Shown here one piece after another: positions 8,931 to 16,318 of a stretch of 25,387 bases of DNA (position 1 is the first letter of the stretch; each line of letters opens with the position of its first letter). The DNA is from Actinomycetota bacterium (GTDB lineage: Bacteria; Actinomycetota; Thermoleophilia; Solirubrobacterales; Solirubrobacteraceae): contig WLNV01000001.1 of NCBI GenBank assembly GCA_009699615.1, positions 1 through 25,387 on the forward strand. Reading direction: 5' to 3'. The translations under genes were made by a program, and so were the position numbers. The notes under the pieces were generated by a model that was given only the letters and a program-made list of their open reading frames with translations, was not told where the DNA came from and made no database searches.

Positions 8931-9608
8931 ATGCATAAACGACTAATTCCTCTGCTCGCACTGTTCTGCGCCCTCGCGCTGATCGGTTCCGGCGCCGCTT
9001 CGGCGCGCATTCTTGACGTCGGCGCTTTCGACACGTCGGTCAAACCTGGCTGTCCAGGCACTCCGTGCTACGCGATCAGCCGCACGACCGGCTACCAGTC
9101 GCGCAGCGGGTCGAACAAGGCGCCAATGGTCGTCTCGCACAACGGACGGATTGTCGCTTGGACGATCGCGCTCGGCAAGCCGACAACGAAGCAGATCGCG
9201 TTCTTCGACTCAAAGCTCGGTGGCGAGGCGACCGCCCAGCTGACAATCCTTTCTGTCACGAAGAAGACAAAGAAGACTCCGAAGGCCAAGAATGGCGCAG
9301 TCGTCAGCCGTCAGGGCGAATCTGTGAAGTTGAAGCCATACTTCGGTAGGACCGTCCAGATCGCCCTGCAGCGCTCAATCTGGGTCAAGAAGGGCCAGAT
9401 CATCGCGCTGACGGTCCCGACTTGGGCTCCTGCACTGGCGACCGGCCTCGATAGCTCAACGGCTTGGAACGCATCGCGCGGCAAGGGCCAGTGTGAAGAC
9501 ACCCAAGGCCAAACTTCGCAGTTGGCGGTCAAGCAGTTCTCGGACTACTACTGCAAGTACACGACGGCGCGGATTACCTACAGCGCCCAGATCGTCCCGG
9601 ACGCGTAA
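8931..9608 (+). CDS. Secreted hypothetical protein with four cysteines in the mature part
   Basis: Signal peptide MHKRLIPLLALFCALALIGSGAASA and coding-like codon usage. I do not recognise a catalytic motif. Confidence 0.8.
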   Translation: MHKRLIPLLALFCALALIGSGAASARILDVGAFDTSVKPGCPGTPCYAISRTTGYQSRSGSNKAPMVVSHNGRIVAWTIALGKPTTKQIAFFDSKLGGEATAQLTILSVTKKTKKTPKAKNGAVVSRQGESVKLKPYFGRTVQIALQRSIWVKKGQIIALTVPTWAPALATGLDSSTAWNASRGKGQCEDTQGQTSQLAVKQFSDYYCKYTTARITYSAQIVPDA

Positions 9609-9663
9609 GCCACAGCAGCGTTGGCTAGATCAGGGTTGGCTGAAACTCAGCGCTGAACTAGCG

Positions 9664-10026
9664 TCAGTTAGGGGTGATTCCGCCGGTATCGGCTGGAGTC
9701 CCGCCGCCACCGGTGTCGCCACCCGTGTCGCCACCCGTACCGCCGCCGGTGTCGCCGCCCGTGCCGCCACCAGTGTCAACACCGGTACCTCCGGTGTCGA
9801 CCCCTGTTGTGTCGGTTGAGCCGGTCGTATCGGTCGTCGTCGTCGGCGTTGTGGTTGTCGCGGCGCCTGTGCCACTCGCGACATCGTTGGCATCGGCCGG
9901 TGGAACTAGGGCCGGCGTTGACGTCGGGACCTGATCATACGGGCGACTGTCTCCACCACAGGCAGAAAGTCCGAGCGCGCAGGTGACTGCGAGCGTGCAG
10001 CTGGAAGCAACAAGGATTGAACGCAT
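9664..10026 (-). CDS. Lipoprotein with Thr/Gly-rich low-complexity tail
   Basis: Lipobox LSAC, then a Pro/Thr linker and DTGG repeats. TACCGT lies 7 nt upstream of the ATG. Confidence 0.78.
   Translation of the reverse strand: MRSILVASSCTLAVTCALGLSACGGDSRPYDQVPTSTPALVPPADANDVASGTGAATTTTPTTTTDTTGSTDTTGVDTGGTGVDTGGGTGGDTGGGTGGDTGGDTGGGGTPADTGGITPN
9676..9860 (-). repeat. Degenerate tandem coding repeat: poly-Thr followed by DT(G)n units
   Basis: Protein TTTTTPTTTTDTTGSTDTTGVDTGGTGVDTGGGTGGDTGGGTGGDTGGDTGGGGTPADTGG; repeated gtgtcgcc-like units on the plus strand. Confidence 0.75.
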
Positions 10027-10033
10027 GCAAGTA

Positions 10034-10039
10034 ACGGTA
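10034..10039 (-). promoter_or_regulatory. Putative -10 box (TACCGT), 7 nt before the lipoprotein ATG
   Basis: TAnnnT-N7-ATG. Confidence 0.5.
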
Positions 10040-10047
10040 GCGATTAC

Positions 10048-10314
10048 TTAGGCGGGAGGCGCCATACGACGGCCACAGGTGGGGCACTCGTTGAGATCAC
10101 GCTGTGCCATCGCCCCGCAGCAGTTGCAGAAGCGCAGGTTCTCAACCGCCCAAGGGAGTCTGGAGGTCGATGGCGCCAAGGGCAGCAACTCACCGACAAC
10201 CTCGAGAATCTCACCGTTCTGCTGGTCGCGGTAGACGACGTCAGGCTTTGCTTCGATCACTACCTCACGACCCGATGAGGGTTCGCGGAGCCGATAGCGC
10301 TGTCCTGAATCCAT
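10048..10314 (-). CDS. Small zinc-ribbon protein
   Basis: C-terminal CNCCG-x9-CPTCG; 88 aa. Confidence 0.78.
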   Translation of the reverse strand: MDSGQRYRLREPSSGREVVIEAKPDVVYRDQQNGEILEVVGELLPLAPSTSRLPWAVENLRFCNCCGAMAQRDLNECPTCGRRMAPPA

Positions 10315-10320
10315 TCGCGA

Positions 10321-10326
10321 ATCCTA
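10321..10326 (-). promoter_or_regulatory. Putative -10 box (TAGGAT), 6 nt before the zinc-ribbon ATG
   Basis: TAnnnT-N6-ATG. Confidence 0.55.
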
Positions 10327-10423
10327 GCGAGCGGGGCGGTTGCCTGCTGCGCCGTTCCCGCGGCTTGCGTCTAGGCGCCGAGCAGCAGTCTGCGGTCCCC
10401 TGTTCTCGATAACATCAGGCTTC

Positions 10424-11155
10424 ATGATTGAGGCACGACTAAATGGTCGCTGGCGCAGCGCGCTCAGCTTGGCTCTCGCCGCCGGTGCGACGCTCGCCGT
10501 CGCGGGCTGCACCAACGATTCGTCTCCAGCACAGAGCGCGAACCTCGTCAACGGCAAGCAGCTGTTCGTCCAGAAGTGCGGCGCCTGCCACACAATGGCT
10601 CGCGCCGGCAGCAAGGGAGTGACCGGCCCCAATCTCGATGAGGCCTTCGCCAGTGCCCGCCAGGAGAACTGGGGTGACGACGGGATTCGCGGGGTCGTCT
10701 ACGGGCAGATCCTTTACCCGAACCAGAATGCACCGATGCCGGCCAATCTTGTGACCGGCCAGGACGCTTCGGACGTGGCTGCGTACGTTTCAACTGTCGC
10801 CGCAAAGCCAGGTAAGGACGTCGGCCTGCTCGCGAGCGCGGTCGCTCCAGCCGGTGGCGGCAAGCCAGCGGTTGAGAAGAACGGCGTTCTCTCGATCTCG
10901 GCCGATCCGAATGGGCAGCTGCTTTACGTCGAAACAACTGCGACCGCAACGCCTGGCCCGGTCGAATTGGAGATGCCGAACGAGTCGGGCGTCCCCCACA
11001 ACATCGTGATCGAGAACGCCGGGATCGAGACACCAGTCATCAAGAACGGTGTCGCGAAGGCTAAGGGCACACTGAAAGCCGGCACGTTCGTTTACTTCTG
11101 CGCAGTCCCTGGCCACCGCCAGGCAGGCATGGTCGGCAAGCTCACCGTTCGCTAG
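10424..11155 (+). CDS. Lipoprotein fusing a monoheme cytochrome c to a cupredoxin (type-1 blue copper) domain
   Basis: Lipobox LAVAGC, heme motif CGACH and a candidate axial Met (APMPA). Cupredoxin ligands are PHN...YFCAVPGHRQAGM. Start set at ATG 10424, with TAACAT 8 nt upstream. Confidence 0.88.
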   Translation: MIEARLNGRWRSALSLALAAGATLAVAGCTNDSSPAQSANLVNGKQLFVQKCGACHTMARAGSKGVTGPNLDEAFASARQENWGDDGIRGVVYGQILYPNQNAPMPANLVTGQDASDVAAYVSTVAAKPGKDVGLLASAVAPAGGGKPAVEKNGVLSISADPNGQLLYVETTATATPGPVELEMPNESGVPHNIVIENAGIETPVIKNGVAKAKGTLKAGTFVYFCAVPGHRQAGMVGKLTVR

Positions 11156-11331
11156 AGCGCGCGAGCTACGACGACCGCAACGATCACCAGCAGGCAGCCG
11201 CCGACCACCCAAGCGAGGGCCTTGAAGGCACCGGACTCGGTGCGCACCGGCTCAAGGATCCGCGGAGGCGCTTTCTCAGCCTCCGAGAGCCGATCTGAGT
11301 CGTCGACCGGGGTCTCGCCATCGTTGACCAC
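11152..11331 (-). CDS. Small single-pass membrane protein at the end of the ctaC-ctaD-ctaE run
   Basis: GTG start at 11331, 11 nt after the ctaE stop; acidic N-terminus and C-terminal TM helix (ALAWVVGGCLLVIVAVVVA). The track's start overlaps ctaE. Confidence 0.6.
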   Translation of the reverse strand: MVNDGETPVDDSDRLSEAEKAPPRILEPVRTESGAFKALAWVVGGCLLVIVAVVVARAL

Positions 11332-11342
11332 AGAGAGAGCGC

Positions 11343-11957
11343 TTAGAGCACGTAGATCGTCGTGAAGACGACGATCCACATTGCGTCGACGAAGTGCCAG
11401 TAGATGCCTGGAACTTCAAGGCCGCGATGATTGTTGGGGCCAACCTTGCCCTTGAAGATCCGTACCGCCGACATCCAGAGCAGTAGCAGGCCGATCACGA
11501 CGTGGGCGCCGTGAAGGCCGGTTAGGCCGAAGAAGACGGATGCCGATGCGCTTGTCTCCGGTGTGAAGCCAAGGTGCAGGTATTCGTTGATCTGAATGAA
11601 GAGGAAGGTGCAGCCGAGCAGGAAGGTTGTAACGATCCCGACCCGCATCGCCATGTCGTTGCCGCGCTTGGCCGACACATCGGTCCAGTGCATCGTCACA
11701 GAGGACGAGAGCAGAATCGCGGCGTTGATTGCAGCGACTGCGACCGGGAGACCGTCTCCAGGAGGCCAAGCATCGGAGTTAACGACGCGGATGAAGAAGT
11801 AGGCGGCAAAGAATGCTCCGAAGAGCATAATCTCGGAGATGATGAAGAGCAGGATTCCGAGTACCTCAGAGTTGACCCGGGAGCTCTGGTTGGCAGTAGG
11901 CGGCCCGTGGTGGTGATCTTCGTGTGCAGCAGGGGTGGGGATCGAAGCGGCCTCCAT
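11343..11957 (-). CDS. ctaE: Cytochrome c oxidase subunit III (short form)
   Basis: LFIISEIMLFGAFF, FFGLTGLHGAHV and YWHFVDAMW. TAATG coupling to ctaD. Confidence 0.95.
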   Translation of the reverse strand: MEAASIPTPAAHEDHHHGPPTANQSSRVNSEVLGILLFIISEIMLFGAFFAAYFFIRVVNSDAWPPGDGLPVAVAAINAAILLSSSVTMHWTDVSAKRGNDMAMRVGIVTTFLLGCTFLFIQINEYLHLGFTPETSASASVFFGLTGLHGAHVVIGLLLLWMSAVRIFKGKVGPNNHRGLEVPGIYWHFVDAMWIVVFTTIYVL

Positions 11958-13849
11958 TAGTTCTCCTCACTTGCCGCGCCGACACCCGCGGCAACGGGAG
12001 TCTCGGCCGGTTGATCGAGAATTGCGTGCACCGCTCCCGGGACGCCGTACTCGTACGGCCCGCCGACGACAGATGGAATCGAGTCGAAGTTGAAGATCGG
12101 TGGCGGCGACGAGACCTGCCATTCGATCGTCAACGAGTTCCACGGGTTGGAGCCGGCCTTCGGGCCCGAACGCCAGGACACGATCATGTTGTAGAGGAAG
12201 ATCAGCGATGCGAAGCCGAGGATGAATGAAGAGATCGAGATGATCATGTTCCACGTCGCAAACTGGTCTGCGTAGTCCGAGACCCTTCGAGGCATTCCCT
12301 GGACCCCGATCAGGTGCATCGGCGCGAACGTCACGTTGAAAAAGACGAAGGTCAGCCAGAAGTGAATCTTGCCGAGGCGCTCGTTGTACATACGACCGGT
12401 CATCTTCGGGAACCAGAAGTAGATTCCGGCCATGATCGTGAACATCGAACCACCGAAGAGGACGTAGTGGATGTGAGCGACGATGAAGTACGTGTCGCTC
12501 ACGTGAATGTCGAGCGGGACCATCGCCAGCATCACTCCCGAGATCCCGCCGAGCGTGAACATTGAGATGAAGCCGACGGCCCAAAGCATCGGCGTATCCA
12601 TCTTGATGACACCGCGCCAGAGCGTCGCGACCCACGAGAAGATCTTGATCCCGGTTGGAATCGCGATGATCGCTGTCGTGATCATCATCGGGATTCGGAT
12701 CCAGTCCGACATTCCCGAGACGAACATGTGATGGGCCCAAACGGTAAACCCGAGCAGGACGATTGCGAGCAACGAGAAAGCCATCATGCGGTAGCCGAAG
12801 ACCGGCTTTCGGGCCCGCGTCGCGAGTACCTCGCTGATGATGCCAAAGCCCGGTAAGAGCATGATGTAGACGGCCGGATGCGAGTAGAACCAGAAGACGT
12901 GCTGGTACATCAGGATGTCGCCGCCGTTGGCAGGGTTGAAGAAGTTGAAGCCAAGAGCGCGGTCGAGCAGCACCATGAACTGCGAGGCCGCGATGAATGG
13001 AGTCGCGATCACGACAAGCAGTGAGGTCGAGAAGTTTGCCCAGACCAGCAACGGCATCCGGAAGAAAGTCATCCCCGGCGCACGCATCGTGATGATCGTG
13101 ACGAGGAAGTTGAGCGCTGTGGCTATAGAGGATGCGCCGGCGAACTGCACTGCGATCGTGAAGAACGCTTGACCTATTGGTGCATCGACGGAGAGCGGCG
13201 CATAGGCCGTCCAGCCGGCAGCGAAGGAGCCTCCCGGAGCGAGGAATGACAGCAGCATCATCGTGCCGGCTACTGGCAGCATCCAGAACGAGAGCGCGTT
13301 CAGGCGCGGGAAGGCCATGTCCGGGGCGCCGATCATCAGTGGCAGCACGTAGTTGGCAATTCCAGCGAACACAGGGATCACGAACAGGAAGATCAGCAGT
13401 GTTGCGTGGATCGAGAAGACTCCGTTGTAAGTGTTCGGGTCAACGAACTGACGGCCGGGGGAGGCCAGCTCGGCGCGCACGAGCATCGCCATCAGGCCGC
13501 CGATGAACATGAAGAAGAAGGAGACGCAGATGTACTGAATGCCGATTACTTTGTGGTCTGTGTTGACCTTGAAGTAGTCACGCCAGCTCTTCGCGCCGTG
13601 GTCTGCATGGTCGTCGACAACCGTCCGTCCACTTGCCCAGCGAAGCCAGTAGTCGAAGCAACCGATGCCGCCAAGGAAGAAGAGCGGCACCATCAGCAGC
13701 GAGATCTGGAGTACCGAGGTGCCGTCGTAGACGGGGTCGACCGAAAAAGCGGCGCGCAGCCCGGTGCTGAGGCCGAGGCAGACGAGGACGCCAAGGATTG
13801 AGAACGCAAGCGCTCTGTACCAGCCTGGCTGTCGGATCTTCGCGGCCAT
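11957..13849 (-). CDS. ctaD: Cytochrome c oxidase subunit I, A2-type (YSHPxV), with an N-terminal membrane extension
   Basis: TDHKVIG, HATL, GAPDMAFPRLN, WFYSHPAVY, WAHHM, PTGIK and AHIHY. Confidence 0.96.
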   Translation of the reverse strand: MAAKIRQPGWYRALAFSILGVLVCLGLSTGLRAAFSVDPVYDGTSVLQISLLMVPLFFLGGIGCFDYWLRWASGRTVVDDHADHGAKSWRDYFKVNTDHKVIGIQYICVSFFFMFIGGLMAMLVRAELASPGRQFVDPNTYNGVFSIHATLLIFLFVIPVFAGIANYVLPLMIGAPDMAFPRLNALSFWMLPVAGTMMLLSFLAPGGSFAAGWTAYAPLSVDAPIGQAFFTIAVQFAGASSIATALNFLVTIITMRAPGMTFFRMPLLVWANFSTSLLVVIATPFIAASQFMVLLDRALGFNFFNPANGGDILMYQHVFWFYSHPAVYIMLLPGFGIISEVLATRARKPVFGYRMMAFSLLAIVLLGFTVWAHHMFVSGMSDWIRIPMMITTAIIAIPTGIKIFSWVATLWRGVIKMDTPMLWAVGFISMFTLGGISGVMLAMVPLDIHVSDTYFIVAHIHYVLFGGSMFTIMAGIYFWFPKMTGRMYNERLGKIHFWLTFVFFNVTFAPMHLIGVQGMPRRVSDYADQFATWNMIISISSFILGFASLIFLYNMIVSWRSGPKAGSNPWNSLTIEWQVSSPPPIFNFDSIPSVVGGPYEYGVPGAVHAILDQPAETPVAAGVGAASEEN

Positions 13850-13852
13850 CAG

Positions 13853-14932
13853 TTATCCCTTTCCGTGCACGCTCTGGTCAATGTATTTGACCAGAGCGGC
13901 GAGCTCTGCCTTCGTCAAAGTCGTCGCGTAGTTAGCCGGCATGATGCCCTTGCTGTAGCCCGGGACGATCTCCTTGTTGGGATCGACGATCATCTCCATG
14001 ATCGCGGCCGCGTCGTCCTTCGTGAGCATCTCATCAAGGTTTGGCCCAGTAGCCGCGGTCGTCCCAGCGGCCTTCAGCGCATGGCAGGCGCCGCAGGCCG
14101 TCGCGCCGGTTGCGGGGTTGCCGGAGACGAACAGCTTCTCTCCGGCCACATCGGCTGCTGCGCCGCCGGCCGGTGGTTTCGCGCCGGATGCGCGAGCCAG
14201 CCCTGCCATCACGGTGGCGTAGCGCTCGGCGGTCAGAACGGTGACGGTCTGCCTCATGTAGGCGTGGCCGAGCCCGCAGAGTTCGGCGCAGACGACGTCG
14301 AAGGTGCCAAGCTTCGTAGGCGTCAAGTTGTAGGTCGTAGTGATTCCGGGGACAGCGTCGACCTTGAGGCGGAAAGCGGGGACCCAGAAGTCGTGGATTA
14401 CGTCCTTCGAGCGAACATTGAACTTGACCGGCTCGTTGATCGGCAGGTAAAGGCGACCGGACTTGACCGGTCCGGCTGGAGTCTCTGTCTCGAAGTCCCA
14501 AGCAAACTGGACGCCGTTGACGTTGACGACCCGTGTTCCCTTCGCTGGGGCCGCCTGAATGTCGACGAGCAGGATCGCGGCGTAGGTCGTGAGCGCGGCG
14601 ATCACGATCGTCGGAATGATCGTCCAGATCACTTCAAGTTTCGTGCTTCCGTGAATCGGTGGTCCGTCCAGATCCTCTTCGCCCGGCTTCTGACGCCAGC
14701 GCCAGACGCTGAACAGCAACATCGTCGTGACGGCAACGAAGATCGGGACGGAGACGATCACGAGCACATCCCAGAAGGTGTCGATCATCGGCGCGACGTT
14801 TGAGCCCTGCTCCGGGAACCAGTTCAGCGCGAGCATGAAGGCAATGCCGATCGCCGATGCGACGACGATGATCGCGAGCAGCGCGATCCAGTTCTTGGCG
14901 GTTACCGCGCCCCGATGGGATTGACCAGTCAT
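13853..14932 (-). CDS. ctaC: Cytochrome c oxidase subunit II with fused C-terminal cytochrome c (caa3-type)
   Basis: LEVIWT, CuA ligands DVIHDFW...CAELCGLGHAYM, and C-terminal CGACH...IMPANY. Confidence 0.95.
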   Translation of the reverse strand: MTGQSHRGAVTAKNWIALLAIIVVASAIGIAFMLALNWFPEQGSNVAPMIDTFWDVLVIVSVPIFVAVTTMLLFSVWRWRQKPGEEDLDGPPIHGSTKLEVIWTIIPTIVIAALTTYAAILLVDIQAAPAKGTRVVNVNGVQFAWDFETETPAGPVKSGRLYLPINEPVKFNVRSKDVIHDFWVPAFRLKVDAVPGITTTYNLTPTKLGTFDVVCAELCGLGHAYMRQTVTVLTAERYATVMAGLARASGAKPPAGGAAADVAGEKLFVSGNPATGATACGACHALKAAGTTAATGPNLDEMLTKDDAAAIMEMIVDPNKEIVPGYSKGIMPANYATTLTKAELAALVKYIDQSVHGKG

Positions 14933-14941
14933 TGGCCGAGA

Positions 14942-14981
14942 AGATTACCGGTAGCCGACGACTGCAGGCGTGCTCGTCGGC
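14942..14981 (-). promoter_or_regulatory. Candidate promoter of the A2 oxidase operon: TAATCT -10 plus an 8-bp inverted repeat
   Basis: TAATCT (14942-14947) lies 9 nt before the ATG. GCCGACGA-N12-TCGTCGGC (14954-14981) flanks the expected -35 position. Confidence 0.4.
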
Positions 14982-15034
14982 GTGTTCGACGCGCAGCCGC
15001 TCATCATTCTCGGAGAGTGGTCCGGGCGCGCGAG

Positions 15035-15430
15035 CTATGCCGCTGCCGCGACTGGCGCGTCAACGTTCTCGAAAGAAGCGGAAAAGCGTCCCGCAGACCG
15101 GTAATCGGACGGAGCGGCGCCATGGCGGCGCCGGAACGCCTTGGCGAACTGCGCGGGCTGACGGTATCCGACGTTGTGGGCGATTTCACGCACCGTGAGG
15201 TCGCTCCTGATGAGCATCTCCGCAGCTCGGTCCATCCGCACGCGGGTCAGGTACTGGCGAAAGGTCGTGTTGCCTACCTCGGCGAACGCGCGTTGCAGTT
15301 GGCGACGAGAGGAGGCAACGCGCTGGGCAAGCTCGTCGAGCGTCAGCTCGCTGGCGTATTCGAGCTCGACAATCGAGCTGACTTCGCTGTAGAGCTCTGT
15401 TCGAAGGGAGATTGTTGTTGGCCTCTGCAT
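15035..15430 (-). CDS. AraC-family regulator consisting only of the double-HTH DNA-binding domain
   Basis: LTLDELA...SRRQLQRAF...RMDRAAEML...VREIAHNVGY...FAKAFRRRHGAAPSDYR; 131 aa with no sensor domain. Confidence 0.92.
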   Translation of the reverse strand: MQRPTTISLRTELYSEVSSIVELEYASELTLDELAQRVASSRRQLQRAFAEVGNTTFRQYLTRVRMDRAAEMLIRSDLTVREIAHNVGYRQPAQFAKAFRRRHGAAPSDYRSAGRFSASFENVDAPVAAAA

Positions 15431-15539
15431 CGTGAAATGGATACGGCTACGAGCGGCTCTGAGATGACGGCATCTCGCTGTAGACAGGTCGTTCTATAGG
15501 CGTTATGGTCGAATGAGCGTCGAAAGTGGAGGTTTAGCC

Positions 15540-15968
15540 ATGACGATGAAGGTCAGCGAAGCGATGAGCGAGTCGGTTCTGACGGTTGGCCCCGGCCACA
15601 CTTTGCGCGAGGTCGCGACATTGATGGCCTCGCGGCATATCGGTTCCGCCGTAGTCCACGACCCTGAGCGGCAGGGGCCGGGGATCATCACTGAGCGCGA
15701 CATCATGCTCTCGCTCGGAGCAGGCGAATCGCCTGACGAGGAGCTCGTGGCCACGCACATGGCCAGCGATGTGATCTTTGCAGCACCGGACTGGTCGCTC
15801 GATGAGGCCGCGGAAGTGATGGTTCATCACGGCTTCCGCCACCTTGTCGTCGTCGATGGCGCGGAGCTTCGCGGGATGCTGTCGATGCGCGACCTTGTGC
15901 GCTGCTACGTCGAGATCGCCTCGGCCAGTTCGGCTACGGGGCCGGCCTCAAAGACCCGCGAGGGCTAG
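15540..15968 (+). CDS. Stand-alone tandem CBS domain protein
   Basis: GIITERD and RHLVVVDGAELRGMLSMRDL. GGAGG RBS at 15528-15532 supports the start at 15540. Confidence 0.9.
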   Translation: MTMKVSEAMSESVLTVGPGHTLREVATLMASRHIGSAVVHDPERQGPGIITERDIMLSLGAGESPDEELVATHMASDVIFAAPDWSLDEAAEVMVHHGFRHLVVVDGAELRGMLSMRDLVRCYVEIASASSATGPASKTREG

Positions 15969-16195
15969 TGGTCGTTACCGCTGGGCAGTTCGCGGTGCTC
16001 GCGAACCGCGTCGCGGACCCAGCCGTAGATCGCAGCGCCCATGATCAGCACGCCGATCACGCTTAGAGGCCAGAGGCCAAGGACGCCGATCAAAAGCAGC
16101 GAGAGCCCGACGGCAACAAGGACCGGCTGAAGGCTGTCACCAGGCAGGCGGATCTTCTCTCCGGCTGGTTCGGCGCTCTGTTCCTGTTCGGTCAT
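15965..16195 (-). CDS. Small two-TM membrane protein, possible oxidase subunit IV-like accessory subunit
   Basis: 76 aa with IRLPGDSLQP followed by two hydrophobic helices; last gene of the ctaC-ctaD-ctaB run. Confidence 0.7.
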   Translation of the reverse strand: MTEQEQSAEPAGEKIRLPGDSLQPVLVAVGLSLLLIGVLGLWPLSVIGVLIMGAAIYGWVRDAVREHRELPSGNDH

Positions 16196-16302
16196 GAGAC
16201 GTAGAGCGCGGCAGCGACGAAGGAGAGGCCGAACATCACGAAACCGACCGCTGTGATCAGCAGTCCGGCGCGGTTGTTCTTGCGGGCGAGGTTCTTGTCC
16301 AT
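16192..16302 (-). CDS. 36-aa single-TM small protein (absent from the ORF track)
   Basis: Manual translation MDKNLARKNNRAGLLITAVGFVMFGLSFVAAALYVS*. It starts 16 nt after the ctaB stop and has an ATGA overlap with the next gene. Confidence 0.72.
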   Translation of the reverse strand: MDKNLARKNNRAGLLITAVGFVMFGLSFVAAALYVS

Positions 16303-16318
16303 GGTTACGTAGTGAAGC

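Noticed and set aside
9638-9652. GCTGA-AAC-TCAGC hairpin as a terminator between convergent genes
   Set aside because: A 5-bp stem with a 3-nt loop and no U-tract is too weak to call.
9676-9860. Repeats as a CRISPR array or mobile-element ends
   Set aside because: They are short degenerate in-frame coding repeats with no spacer structure and no cas or transposase gene nearby.
13865-14803. 312-aa plus-strand ORF
   Set aside because: Antisense shadow of ctaC, expected at high GC; no recognisable motif.
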